Part shown: positions 40,381-52,400 of the stretch, in pieces | Numbering within the stretch: the stretch's first letter is position 1 | Layout of the letters: each line of letters opens with the position of its first letter | Origin: Balanoglossus misakiensis | Lineage: Eukaryota; Animalia; Hemichordata | NCBI GenBank assembly: GCA_040954595.2 | Contig: CM082595.2 | Span: 2,339,843-2,403,842 of the forward strand | Direction: 5' to 3' | DNA length: 64,000 nucleotides | Program-made: the position numbers and the translations under genes | The notes under the pieces: generated by a model | What the model saw: the letters and a program-made list of their open reading frames with translations, nothing else | The model's database searches: none | What the model was told of the DNA's origin: nothing

Positions 40381-40825
40381 AAATCGTCAAAAAATGACAA
40401 TTTTTCGACTTTGCGAAATCTCAAAATTTCGTCATTTTTTGAAAAAAATCATGGGTTATAGCTCATGAAAATCATCAAAAATGAACATTTTTTTACTTTG
40501 CGAATCATCAACATTTATTTAAATAAAAAAAACCATGGTATATAGCTCATGAAAATGATAAAATTCATGAGCTATAACCCATGAATAATGTGAAAAATCG
40601 ACAGAATGACCGAAATTCGCAAAGTCGGAAAATTGTCATTTTTGATAAAATTCATGAGCTATAACCCATGAATAATGTGACAAATCGACAAAGTGACCGA
40701 AATTCGCAAAGTCGGAAAATTGTCATTTTTTGATAAAATTCATGAGCTATAACCAGTCGACAAATTCTAGACTTTGCGGAGATTGGCGATTTTATCATTT
40801 TTGGACGTTTTTCATCGGTTAATTT
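40381..40825. repeat. Right terminus of the satellite block: two diverged forward units, then two to three reverse-oriented degenerate units
   Basis: Forward units to ~40550; then catgagctataacccatg...cgcaaagtcggaaaattgtcatt in reverse orientation at 40566-40755; degenerate tail to ~40825. Confidence 0.85.
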
Positions 40826-41627
40826 TGCGTTAATTTTTACTTACCCCCAACATTTACGTTTGGTGAAGTTTCGATCTCCGAAACCAGTATTTAATTAATT
40901 GTATAGTGGATTTAACAGATCTTCATGATTTATATTGCAAAATCTCAACTACAGGGGGTGGCATGATGGAAAAGAACGTGAATAACACGGCAATCTGGCA
41001 GAGTGCAGAAAACGACTTGAAAATCTCCGAAATTAAAATCTGACTTCTCGATACAAAGGTCTTTCCATTTCTATGCCGTATCAATATTCTGTTCCCATGG
41101 GTACATTACTGACGGAGAAACACGCCTAGCCAGTAATCCAAATCTTAGTTCTCCATTCAAACCAAACGTTATTGATGGAATCCTTACAGAATAAGGTATT
41201 GTAGACGGCTTCATTGCCATGCTCTGTGTTCGCGCATGTCAGAATTATACCCTCCGGATTACATCCCTCTTTGCCATCCAATTTCTGCAGACTGCAGAAT
41301 CACTTCGAATGCAGTGCTTCGTCAATTCTTAGCACCGCCGATGTTCCCGAAAATCCGCGGTTAAATTTTCATGGGAACTTGAAGGTTTATCGTTAATCAT
41401 TGTGCCGATACAGGTAAGGAAATATTCATGTCTACACCTTTGCCGTTTCTGTATCCTCTGGCGTTTTATTTAGTTCTAGGCCTTCAGAACAGATCAAGTC
41501 GACCGTCATAACCTCTTTGTACCCAAAATATCAACCGAGTCCAACGCTTTCAACCGCACGCGAACACGGTATTCTTGCACTGTTGGGTGAAAAATTGACT
41601 TTTTTCGAACGTCCGTGTAAAATGCAT

Positions 41628-41637
41628 GTCACGTGAC
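41628..41637. promoter_or_regulatory. Perfect GTCACGTGAC extended E-box (CLEAR/USF-type) in the putative 5'UTR intron of Amt paralogue 1
   Basis: Exact 10-bp palindrome, with a further CACGTG at ~41827. Function untested. Confidence 0.3.
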
Positions 41638-42032
41638 CACTGTTTTAAAGAATGGTTGTGTATACCGGGGCAGTACACTATCGGGTTCCGGGTTCCACTA
41701 TAACGGGGCTTTAGGAGAATATACTGTGGGGTTTAGGACTCCGATAATTGGCAGGAAACTGAAGGATCTGTTTTGTATGTAGCATCCTTAATTGGCGTCA
41801 TCATTATAAAAACGTCGTGACCTAGGCACGTGAATCGGTGTCACGTTCACGCGGGTACTATGGTTACAGTACATTACACTCCTTTCACTGTTCAGTGCGT
41901 GATACATACACTGACCGGTTGCATAATCTGCTCTTCTGCTGGGAATTTCATTGGTCTCTCCAGAGAATCATATTTGACTACTGGTATTCATAGCAACAAC
42001 CGCTCATCTGTTTCTATCCAGAATCTCCAAAA

Positions 42033-45000
42033 ATGGCCGGGGATACCGCGCTTGGAGACGGTCTGAACGTCAGCGACTTTCTTTCTAACCACAGCGGAAA
42101 CGTCGCAGGTAATCCCAGCTGGAGAGTGCTGAACAGCACCTCCGCCTTACCTGATGTCTACCACCACGTCATCGTGGAGACCGTCCACACAGGTTGGGAC
42201 GATGCGACTTGGATTCTGACAAACGCGTTCATCATATTCACCATGCAGTCAGGATTCGGCCTACTGGAATCTGGGATCGTGTCGAGAAAGAGCGAAGTCA
42301 ACATCATGGTGAAAAACGCCGTGGACGTTCTATTCGGGGGAGTTTCATACTGGGCCTTTGGCTACGGACTGACCTTCGGTACGGACAAAGGCTCGAATGG
42401 TTTCTATGGCGTCGGTCACTTCTTCGTGGACGCGACTGACGACGACATGGGTCGTGTATACTCAGATTTCTTTTTCCACACTTCGTTCGCGACCACGGCA
42501 ACCACCATCGTCAGCGGCGCGATGGCAGAGCGGACGAAACTAGAAGCCTACATCGTCTTTTCTTTCCTGAACACCTGCGTGTACTGCTTTCCCGCGCACT
42601 GGCTTTGGGCCGAGAACGGCTGGCTGAAGACACTCGGCGCTGTAGACATCGCCGGCTCCGGAGCCGTTCACCTGATTGGCGGAATGTCCGGCCTCGCAGC
42701 GACCATCATGCTGAAACCGCGAATCGGAAGATTCGACGAAGGTAACGAGCCCCCGCGGCCTGGCTCGCCCACAAATGCCCTGTTCGGCATGTTCATGTTA
42801 TGGTAAGACATTATCATTAACAAGTTTTAAAAAAAAGAGAGATTTAGGGATTTAGGGACCGTGAACCTGAAAGGCCAAGCCTCCGTCTCAGAAATTATGG
42901 TAATAGCTGGAGGTACGATTTTGAGTACATTGCTCTCACATGTCACTTCTATTTCATTCATTCATTCATTCATTCATTCATTCATTCATTCATTCATTCA
43001 TTCATTCATTCATTCATTCATTCATTCATTCATTCATTCATTCATTCATTCATTCATTCATTCATCCATCCATCCATCCATCCATACATCCATCCATTCA
43101 GTCAGTCACAGTCAGCCGCCCTCTATTCTTTCGTGTTCTTCCCCGTGCAACCAAAACCCCAGGGACGGATAAGCGACCTAATAACAAAAATATGCCAAAC
43201 ATACAAAAAGTTACCATTTTGAAGTTAGGCATAACAGACGACAACAGAGAGAAAATGTCAAAGATTTTAAATCAGGAAGATGGAAGTGTAATATGTCTTA
43301 CAAATGTGGGCGCTAACACTCTCGTATACTCACTCTGAAACACTGATAAACTGTCGAGGCAATATTTCTGTCGGCAACAAATCATCTTAAAAGCACTGTG
43401 TTTTCCACGGATTTTTTCAAAGTGGATCAGCGACGTTTTGGTTAGCTGAAATAGGCTCTGGAATTATTTTCACAGAAGAAATCTCTTAAAATGAGGTCTC
43501 GGGTTTACATTGTGCTTCATTATTGCAGTCATTTACTATATTTTTTAATTCGACCGTTTCTGTGTATGTTTCGATAATTACCCGACAGTCCGATCCTTAA
43601 TTACAATAACAATTCATTATTCTCGATGGGAAAGTTTATAATTATGATGACAAATCTCACTAACGCAAATGTTTGTTTTTTATTATGCAGACGTTGTGCA
43701 TTCATTATTTTTCATCCTCAATAACACATAGATTTCTTGTACTAGTGCAGTAACTGTAATAGACACTTTATTTCAGTGAGTTTAATGACGTAATTAAACA
43801 TTGTAAATGAATAGACACATACAATGAGGCATTAGTCAAGAAAGAGTTGCATTAATACCGTTTCCATGTTGTTATCGACATCTGCGAATCAATTTGCTGA
43901 TTGGAAAGTGTGTCCATGCTTCTTCTCACAGGTGGGGCTGGCTGGGTTTCAACTGCGGAAGCACCTACGGCATTACTGGCGGGAAATGGAAACTCGCGGC
44001 CAGGTAACACTGTCTGTCTGTCTGTGGGTCAGTCATAACAATACATTTTCAATAATTATTTGCGTCATTTGGTATAGATTTCGCGAAAACCTGCCGTATA
44101 AGTTTGTATTTTCTTGGTTTGGTCAACTGAATTTTCAACGCCGAAGTACCATAGCCTAATATATGGTCTCTCGAAAACTAAAATATCGTTGGTTCCAAAT
44201 TCAAATAGATTGTACAGAATGTTTTCTTCCTTAAGAAGCGATACAGAAGCGATAACCTTACAAAGATCGACACACCGCTGTCAACTTACAGGTGATGACA
44301 TTTATGGAGGCATGATGTAAATGTCATGCTGTTGTTACCCTTGGCATATATTGCACCGTTGACGTTCAACAAAGAAACTGCCAATGGCGTCAGCAGTTTC
44401 CGCGAGGAATCGCCATCATTTATGATTGCACAGTGCTGGCCAATTATATCGATGAAGAATTTCACGCTTTCGGTGAACAGGGAAAATACGCGGGAAACGG
44501 GCTTGCTTCATCGATGTAATTTCGTTTTACAGACACACAGAAAGAGCCTAAATTCCATGCAGGTATTGACAACGAAAGAGCAATTGTTGTGTGCATATTG
44601 CGTTTTGCTTCACTGCTCATCCAGGAATAAGTGTCAGTACGTAGTTATCTGTAGAAAGTAATAAGCTAGTCTTATTGCATGCAATTGCCTGTATAGGATA
44701 TAGTCAGCTCTATTCGCGGTTGGGGGTCCCCCAGAGGCATGAATCTGATGTCCCCCTTGTCTATTGCAAAAACGAGTCGTTTATTAGGCAACTTCTCATC
44801 GCAGACACTCACTGATATATGAATATGACAACAGTTCATTGAAATTTCTCTTCAAAGATCTTTGCAAACTGTGCTCATCGCTGCAATGATTTGTCTGAAG
44901 AGAAATAAAATGTCTTTAATATAGACTTTTAATGCAGCGTTCTATAGATTTGTAACAAATTTTAACCGCAATCTTCTTGGCCAATACATATCAAACATAT

Positions 45001-47553
45001 GTATTAATGGAAAGCATTTCGATGAAAAAAATCATTCTAAACCTATATAGCATCACAATTTTTATTACCTGAAGGGTTTGTTCTGGGTTTTAGGAAAAAT
45101 ACTTGAAAAAGCATAATTCTCCCTGCGTTGATAACGATAACAGTCGGGCGCCGCCATGCGTACGAGTAGCGTATCACGAGATACTTCAGTGGCAAAATTG
45201 TGCGATATACTTATGGACGAATATTATACATATGGTATCCCCATTAAGACGTATTTAAGTGAACCGTTTCAATTCTTCTTTTTTCCTCTTTTGCAACAGA
45301 TCAGCAGTGTCCACCATAACATCGTCAATAGGCGGAGGCACAATGGCGATATTTCTAAGGTAAGCGCACAGATACCTGGCCGATTTACCTAACAATTCGG
45401 ACTAACGCCTTCCGCCTTTGGGGTTTCAGTTCGTCATGGCATGATGGCGACTTCACTGCAACACAACCGGCCATGCCACGGTCACTTTTACAGTACTATG
45501 TACCCGGGCTCCCCAGTATCGAATGCAATTGGAAGGTTCTTTTGACAGTATCAAGTCTCGGACACCTGCAATCAGAGAATAATACTTCGGACTTTATTGC
45601 CAACTAGGATTGAGTACCAGCTAAGACAAACACAATACTGGAACAGCCTATTACAAAATTCGCAGGCTTTTATAATAGGTCTAAAGCGCGGGAAAGTCTT
45701 TGTTATTCAAATTAACACCTTTTACTTTTACATGGGCGAAGGAATTTTCAAGATTGCAAACTGTCAGAGTGCACAATCTCGCTTGAGATTGGTCCATTAG
45801 ATCTCAAACATGATTGGTACATGGTCGATTCTAAATCCTGATTTTGCATCAAGCTCGATACATTTCAGCCAAGCTGTAGAAATCTATGTAAAGTCAGTCA
45901 CGATACCCAGCATACAACTTGTCACGTATTAGTGCAACGTGTTAATTCATCACACCCTCCCCGTGTACCTCTCTGACAGCAAACATACGATGTTCAAATC
46001 AATATGTGTACACTACATTTTTACCGCAAATTACACCACTCGACACACTGTTCAACAAGCTAGCTGGTATTAAAATGAAACTGTATAAAAGACGAACCGT
46101 TTTGATTAAGACGTCTTCCGTTATCATTCCTAGCACGTATTTTTATGATTGTATGAACTTCAAGGTGACGTCCGCTCTTGTAATACTGCATGGTGTCTAC
46201 AATCATCGCAATTAATATCAGCCGCAGCAATTAGAAAACTGCATCTGACAGGATTCTTCGACTCTATATCGATCTGTAATTTCACTGGGTTTTAATCAAA
46301 GGAAGGCCATTTTCGCCCATTAGGGTAAATTACTTTTAATAGCAGTAAGAAATCATGCATGGGGAATTAATTGTCTGCCAATGGTTGATAATTACTGCAG
46401 CACGACCACATGGGGTGGCTGATGATGTCGCCGCGTTGCAATTACGATGTAACCGCTTCACTGCACGATCCAGAATTTGTATCAGATTTATTACTTGAAT
46501 CAACCCAAACTAACAAAAAATTATCATTTCCCAGTTACGTTACAAAGAGACGCAAATTTGACATCACTTACCTAATTAATGGTGTACTCGGAGCCTTGGT
46601 GTCAATCACAGGTAATTCCACGACTATTATTGGTTACTGCTACACTGGGCGTTTCCGCTAACATCTGACGAAATAGAAGTTGACCAATTGTGTTTTTTCG
46701 ATTTACATGATTAACATTTAGGACATACGTTAAGTCTTATTGTGGTATACTTCGGTTGTGTTTTCCAGCCCTCTGTTCCTTATCCCAGCCGTGGCAAGGC
46801 TTTCTAATCGGGGCAATCGGCGCTGTCATTTCGTGTTTTGGCGTTGGGCTGATGGAGAGACTGAAGATCGATGACCCCGTGGGAGTGGTTCCGGTTCACG
46901 CTTTGGCGGGAATCTGGGGCCTTCTCGCCGTCGGTTTTTTCGTGCAGAAGGATATGATTGACAACGTCACACCGCACGATGGTGAGCACTGTTTGGCTAA
47001 AGATCCCCCATTGCTGTCGGATAATTCTTCTCAGTAAACCCCGAGTTCACGTCATCGACAGGAGTGATTAGGCCTACTCACGAGTAATTCTTTTTTTCTT
47101 TACATTTTAGGTCTATTTTACGGTGGTGGGTGGTATATGCTTGGCGTGCAGGCACTGGCAGTGTGTTCTATCACAGTCTGGACTCTGGCCATATCCTTTG
47201 TACTTTTGAAAATACTTGATTTGACCATCGGTATCCGCGTACCCCTGCACGAAGAGCTACTCGGTCCAGACCTGGTCGAGCACTCGGTGAACGGCAGCTA
47301 CGACAAGTCTACGGGCGCCCTCGTCGGGCTGGAAGGAGAGCTGTTGCACCTAGTCCGCGCCGACGGTGACCATAACGACGACCTCGATCGATTATCGCAG
47401 GTTGTTAGGTTTGGGCCGATGTTCTCTCTGTTAGAAAAATACAATATACGGATTGTGAGAGACAATGCGAACGTTGCAAGGAAGAAAGCAGAATCGTCCG
47501 AGGCGGGTAAATCTTCAAGTTGTGAAGACGTCGATGCTAACGAAAAGGTATAA
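42033..47553 (+). CDS. amt: Ammonium transporter, Amt family, paralogue 1 (~544 aa)
   Basis: Exons 42033-42802, 43932-44003, 45300-45359, 46535-46611, 46769-46981, 47111-47553 (1635 nt, GT-AG). Motifs FTMQSGFGLLESG, SFATTATTIVSGAMAER, DIAGSGAVH, WWGWLGFNCGST, DDPVGVVPVH, GIRV..EE..G.D..EH. Probable 5'UTR intron at 41414-42021. Confidence 0.95.
42953..43097. repeat. (TTCA)28 microsatellite followed by (TCCA)n, in Amt paralogue 1 intron
   Basis: Perfect TTCA run at 42953-43064, then TCCA-type units. Confidence 0.97.
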
Positions 47554-49424
47554 ACAGAGAAGCGGAAAGAAAGCGTGCAATCACATTCTATATCAGAAAT
47601 AATAAACGACAACACCGTAATTGTGAAATATTTGAACTTGGGTTGTTTTCGTGGCTAATATATTTTCCACTTCGTAGAATTTGAGTCGCTCTCCCTTCGC
47701 AAAAATGTAAGATGAAACAGCGACAAATATCACAGCTTAGGTTAACGAACCAATTGAGGCGCCTGGGGATTGGGTTCGTATAGCAAGGGTTGCACCGACA
47801 CAATTTCACAGAATTTTTTCTCTTGTTTCCGAGAACGTGTTTCATTTCCTGAGCACTGCCTGCTGCGCGTCCGCTGTACACCCATTCAAAGATTGGTTCA
47901 GTTGTTACACGACGCCCAAGAAATGCATAGAAAATCGAGGGAAATGATGCCGCAGGGCTTTGTGCGCGAAAGAGTGTGTTGTGTGTGCAGCCTCGGCACG
48001 ACACATATTGACTCGCTCGTACATTTTGTTCGGCGTAGACAAGCATCCGCGATTACGTGATGTGCGCTCCAGACAAGCTTCTAGTTTTACAGTTACGAAA
48101 TCGCGAGGAAACGCTGGGAGATTTTCCTGTAGAGGTTGAGAAAAAAACTCTTGCGTCAGTCTGGAAGAGGATGTCTGTGATCATTTTCCCATTATCCGTT
48201 TAGCGTTTGAAGAAACAGTTTCTTTTAAAGAAGGGCGATTTCCTCTTCGGAAAATAAATTGAAGGAATATTTACAGGATGTGCCTGGAATCTCTTTTTAG
48301 GATACGTTTCTTGTTCTAAACATATTATGAGATAACAAAAGTCACAAAAAAACTTTCACTGGATATGGCGCAATAGAATGGGACAACTTTAACAGCACCA
48401 ACACAGTTTGTGATCAATTTCCTATAGTTGTAATCTAAGTAGACTTATAACCGAGAAACAAGAGCGTACGTGTCTAATATTCATTGGTGAAATTTTTTGA
48501 GCAGAGCTTTGATTTTCAGTCTACCAAAGCACAGTGTATTGATTTTTTTGCATAAATATCACAAGCTGGCAGATTTATTATCTTCTGTATCTTTAGTTAC
48601 AACAAAACCACCACGCTTATTTTTAGAGGAGTTATGTGATCGATGTGCCGTATACCTTGTATTTTCCATGTATTTTGCTCGGCAGCTCTCTGCAATTTTT
48701 CTGGTTTAATTTGCAAATGGTGACCGATTACATCTCGCCTACAGTTCATGTAAATAGTGGAAGCTCCTTAGCCACTCAATGAAAGAAACCCGCGAAATGT
48801 TCTGTAGAGGCCATCTACTTCTTTGCAATATGTATTTCAAATCACAATGCATATTTATCCAAAGAACTTCGGTGCCCCTGGGCCCAGTGTTTCCTCCCTT
48901 CGCCGCATTACCCAAATTATTTCTTATGAAGAAGGCCGCCCTGCCTGAGCAGTCGTTTACCTATCTCATTTGCATTCCGTTTACTTTTCAAGTCACTCAA
49001 CTCTATGGTTATAGTTTCCAAGACACTAGGCGCCATTGCCGTTTTGGGAAAGTGAAAGTGAAGAAAACGATTTCGTGTGCCATGTCGGCTGTTTCGTAAT
49101 GGGTTTGAGACAATTGAAAAGGTGTTTTCTCGTGAATTTATACCTCTAACATGTATACGTGACGGTTTGGGTAGACGCATGCAGCGATGTGACATGTTAG
49201 CCTGGTGATTGTTCGAGTGCTTTGTCTTGGCAGTCTCACCCACTCGTGCTTACAGTGAAGAATTGTGCCAGCTGCAGTGACTACGTTTGTTGCACAGGAA
49301 GGCATCTTCAGGGAAACAAATCTGTCGCACAAGACCCAGATCACGTGCACAATGAGCGGGGAGGCTTCGTGGAAGTAGGCCTACAGCTGAGTGACAAATC
49401 TTCCGTCTTCTTGAGAAGTAAACA

Positions 49425-52400
49425 ATGTCGGTCATCACGGTGCGCCCAGCTAACGGGTCGTGGAACGGCAGCATGAATTTGACGGAGCTGATCGGCTCGA
49501 CCGAAATGTACGACCGAGTCATCGAGCGACACGCGATCAGCGGCTGGGACGACGCCACCTGGATACTCACCAGCGCGTTCATAATTTTCACCATGCAGTC
49601 CGGGTTTGGATTGCTTGAGTCGGGCTCAGTAACTAGGAAAAATGAGGTTAACATCATGGTAAAGAACATAGTCGATGTCTTATTCGGGGGAATATCCTAC
49701 TGGGCGTTCGGGTACGGGCTGAGCTTTGGTGACGGGCCGAGGTCGAACTCGTTTGTCGGTGTTGGAAAATTCTTCTTAGACGCCAATGACGAAAACATGG
49801 GTACCGTGTTCTCCGATTTTTTCTTTCACACATCCTTCGCCACCACCTCGACGACGATCGTCAGCGGCGCCATGGCGGAGAGAACCAAGCTGGAGAGCTA
49901 CATCGTGTTTTCTTTCACCAACACCTTCATCTATTGTCTGCCCGCTCACTGGTTGTTGGCGCCAAACGGTTGGCTGAAGGCTCTGGGTGTGGTCGACATC
50001 GCTGGCGCTGGAAGTGTCCACCTCATTGGCGGCATGACGGGGTTGGTAGCAACGCTCATCTTAAAACCGCGCACGGGAAGATTCGATGACAAGAAAAGTA
50101 GTCCTGCCATGGGGTCACCGACCAACGCCATTTTTGGCATGTTCATGTTATGGTATGTTAAAATGTACTCTATATTAGTCGTTGTTTCATTTGCAAAAAA
50201 ACTTTCAACATTTTATAGTCCAGAAAGGTTTGGAGAGAACTATAACTTTTCAAAAATTCTCTTCCCGAGGCGCGTACTAAAGATATCCCGGATACTACTG
50301 GAAATCTAGCCAATCACAGATTTGTTTACGTAAGTGGTTATATAAATAATGCGCCACCACTGGCACATAGTCATTACTGCGGGTTTAAATCTGACCAGAA
50401 TATAGCCTTCGGATTTTAAATAAGAACCATATTACCGTCCTAGCATAAATATAATATTTTCTCCAATACGGCAGTGTTTTCCTTGTGATTTTGTTGTTTG
50501 TCTTCCAGGTGGGGTTGGCTTGGATTTAATTGCGGAAGCACGTTTGGTATCACTGGCGGCAAATGGAAATTGGCCGCAAGGTTAGTTTGAGATTTTACCC
50601 GATACGGTACAGTTGAGGGCCGTTAGAAACCAAAAAACGACGGCCTACTTCGTCGTTTCTTGCCACATTTTCAAAACAAATCCCGAACACCCCTTCAATT
50701 AATCTCAAACGACTCATTTTCCCCTTTCCTCGCCATGTTCACCACTCACCATATCCGTACTAAGTATGCAATAGACCCGCAAACGAGCCGTTGTATCTAC
50801 TGTCTTTGAGTTCCGTACAGTTGCGATAACATGTAGAAGGTATCTCCCCTTTTAACTAGAAAGTGCATTTCTCATTGCAGGTCTGCGGTGGCAACTATCA
50901 CGGCATCAATCGGCGGGGGAGTTGTCGGCATTTCGCTGAGGTATTGTAAAAATATCTTCATTTTACCTCGGAAACCATAACGCAAAATAAGACCAACGTA
51001 CAGAACGAAGAGTTGACATGTTGTCATGTATTTCAACTTGTGCCACAATCTCGAGACGCCATCTTGTTTACCCATGTGAACTGTTTTGTGTTTGTCTTTG
51101 CACCTTGCCATGGAAATGTACTCGGCATTTTTAAGTCTATGGATGGGTGTGATGGCAATGATAACAAAATACTATCGGTTTTGTGTTCATCGCTTGTCTT
51201 AAAGCAATCGTTTTCATCGATTCACGGAGTATTCCTCGCTGGCTCTGTGAATTTTAAGTCGATAGAGTGAAATATATCTGACTTGTTTAGCAGCAAATAT
51301 GCAATATATAACGAAATAAAATGCCGCTATAAATTGCCAAGGAAAATAATACAGATGAGCCATGGCGATAAATAACAGAACCGTCAGATGCGCAATATAC
51401 TAGTAGATACAAATCAGTCAGTGACTGTGGTCAGCCAATTCATAGAATGCAACTATAACCGTGTTTTTTTTCTGACATGTGGGCCAGAGGCCTTCAAACG
51501 CAATACACTCTATTCCAGATTCTATATTCGAAACAAATTTTCTGACGATTATTCAATGATACCGTCGTCTGCTGTTTCGTTCTGCAGGGCAATAGGACGG
51601 CGCATCGATCGCGCTCGCCTTGTCTCCATGGCAGCAAAGCATCAATTAATCACGAAGCAGACATGTCGGCTTTGTGTAAATAAAAATATCTCGCGCCAAG
51701 CAAAATACAGCCGCGATAGTAAAGTTTAATATTCATACTGCACGAAATTTTAGCTGGCTTCAAAAGATAAAGGTTTCGACCGATCAATATACTGACATTA
51801 AGTGAGAAATGCTTTCTTCCAAAGTTTGAATGTCGGAAAATGAGTCATTGCAAAAAAAAATCATTTTCGCGACAAACATCACGAATTCTTAAAGTTGCTA
51901 CTCATATGTAGTTGTTCTGATTCTCGTTCTGTTCTGACAATTAATAATCGCAGATATTTTGAAGAAGCCAGCCGCTTCGGGAAACGTTAATCAGTTAATA
52001 GCGTGGGCGAACAGTTTCAGCTGGGAAATGTAGTCCGAGTCCATTTTTATCCACAGATCTATCAAGACACACTTCAGTTCACAGAATTTGCCCTAGTGTC
52101 TTATATTTTGTGTTTGTGTACTTATCATTAAAATGAGTAAAAACAATATGTTTAGCGGAATCTTGACTGGCGGGGTTTGCATCGAAGGGTGTCCCAAAGG
52201 TAAAAACGACGTCATCTTTTCTCCCGCTTCTCAAGTACCCGGATGTTGAACTGCAACCACTTCAACTCGACAATTCGTTGCTACTGATTTTTAGTAAAAT
52301 CACTGACATTGCCCGTGTAACGACGGAAATTTTAATTTATCTATTAAGGAATTTAATCGTTGTAATCGCTATTATTTGTATTTTTTCATGTGTTCAGTTA

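Noticed and set aside
22136-40967. 9-bp inverted match ATCATGCCA (22136-22144) / TGGCATGAT (40959-40967) as the true TIRs of the satellite element
   Set aside because: Too short to exceed chance in the flanks searched, and no convincing TSD.
42861-43338. HSFI-repeat ORFs
   Set aside because: Translation of the (TTCA)n microsatellite in an intron.
50153-50309. C-terminal extension of the 294-aa Amt ORF
   Set aside because: Read-through into intron 1; the conserved donor TG|GT is at 50152 as in the other paralogues.
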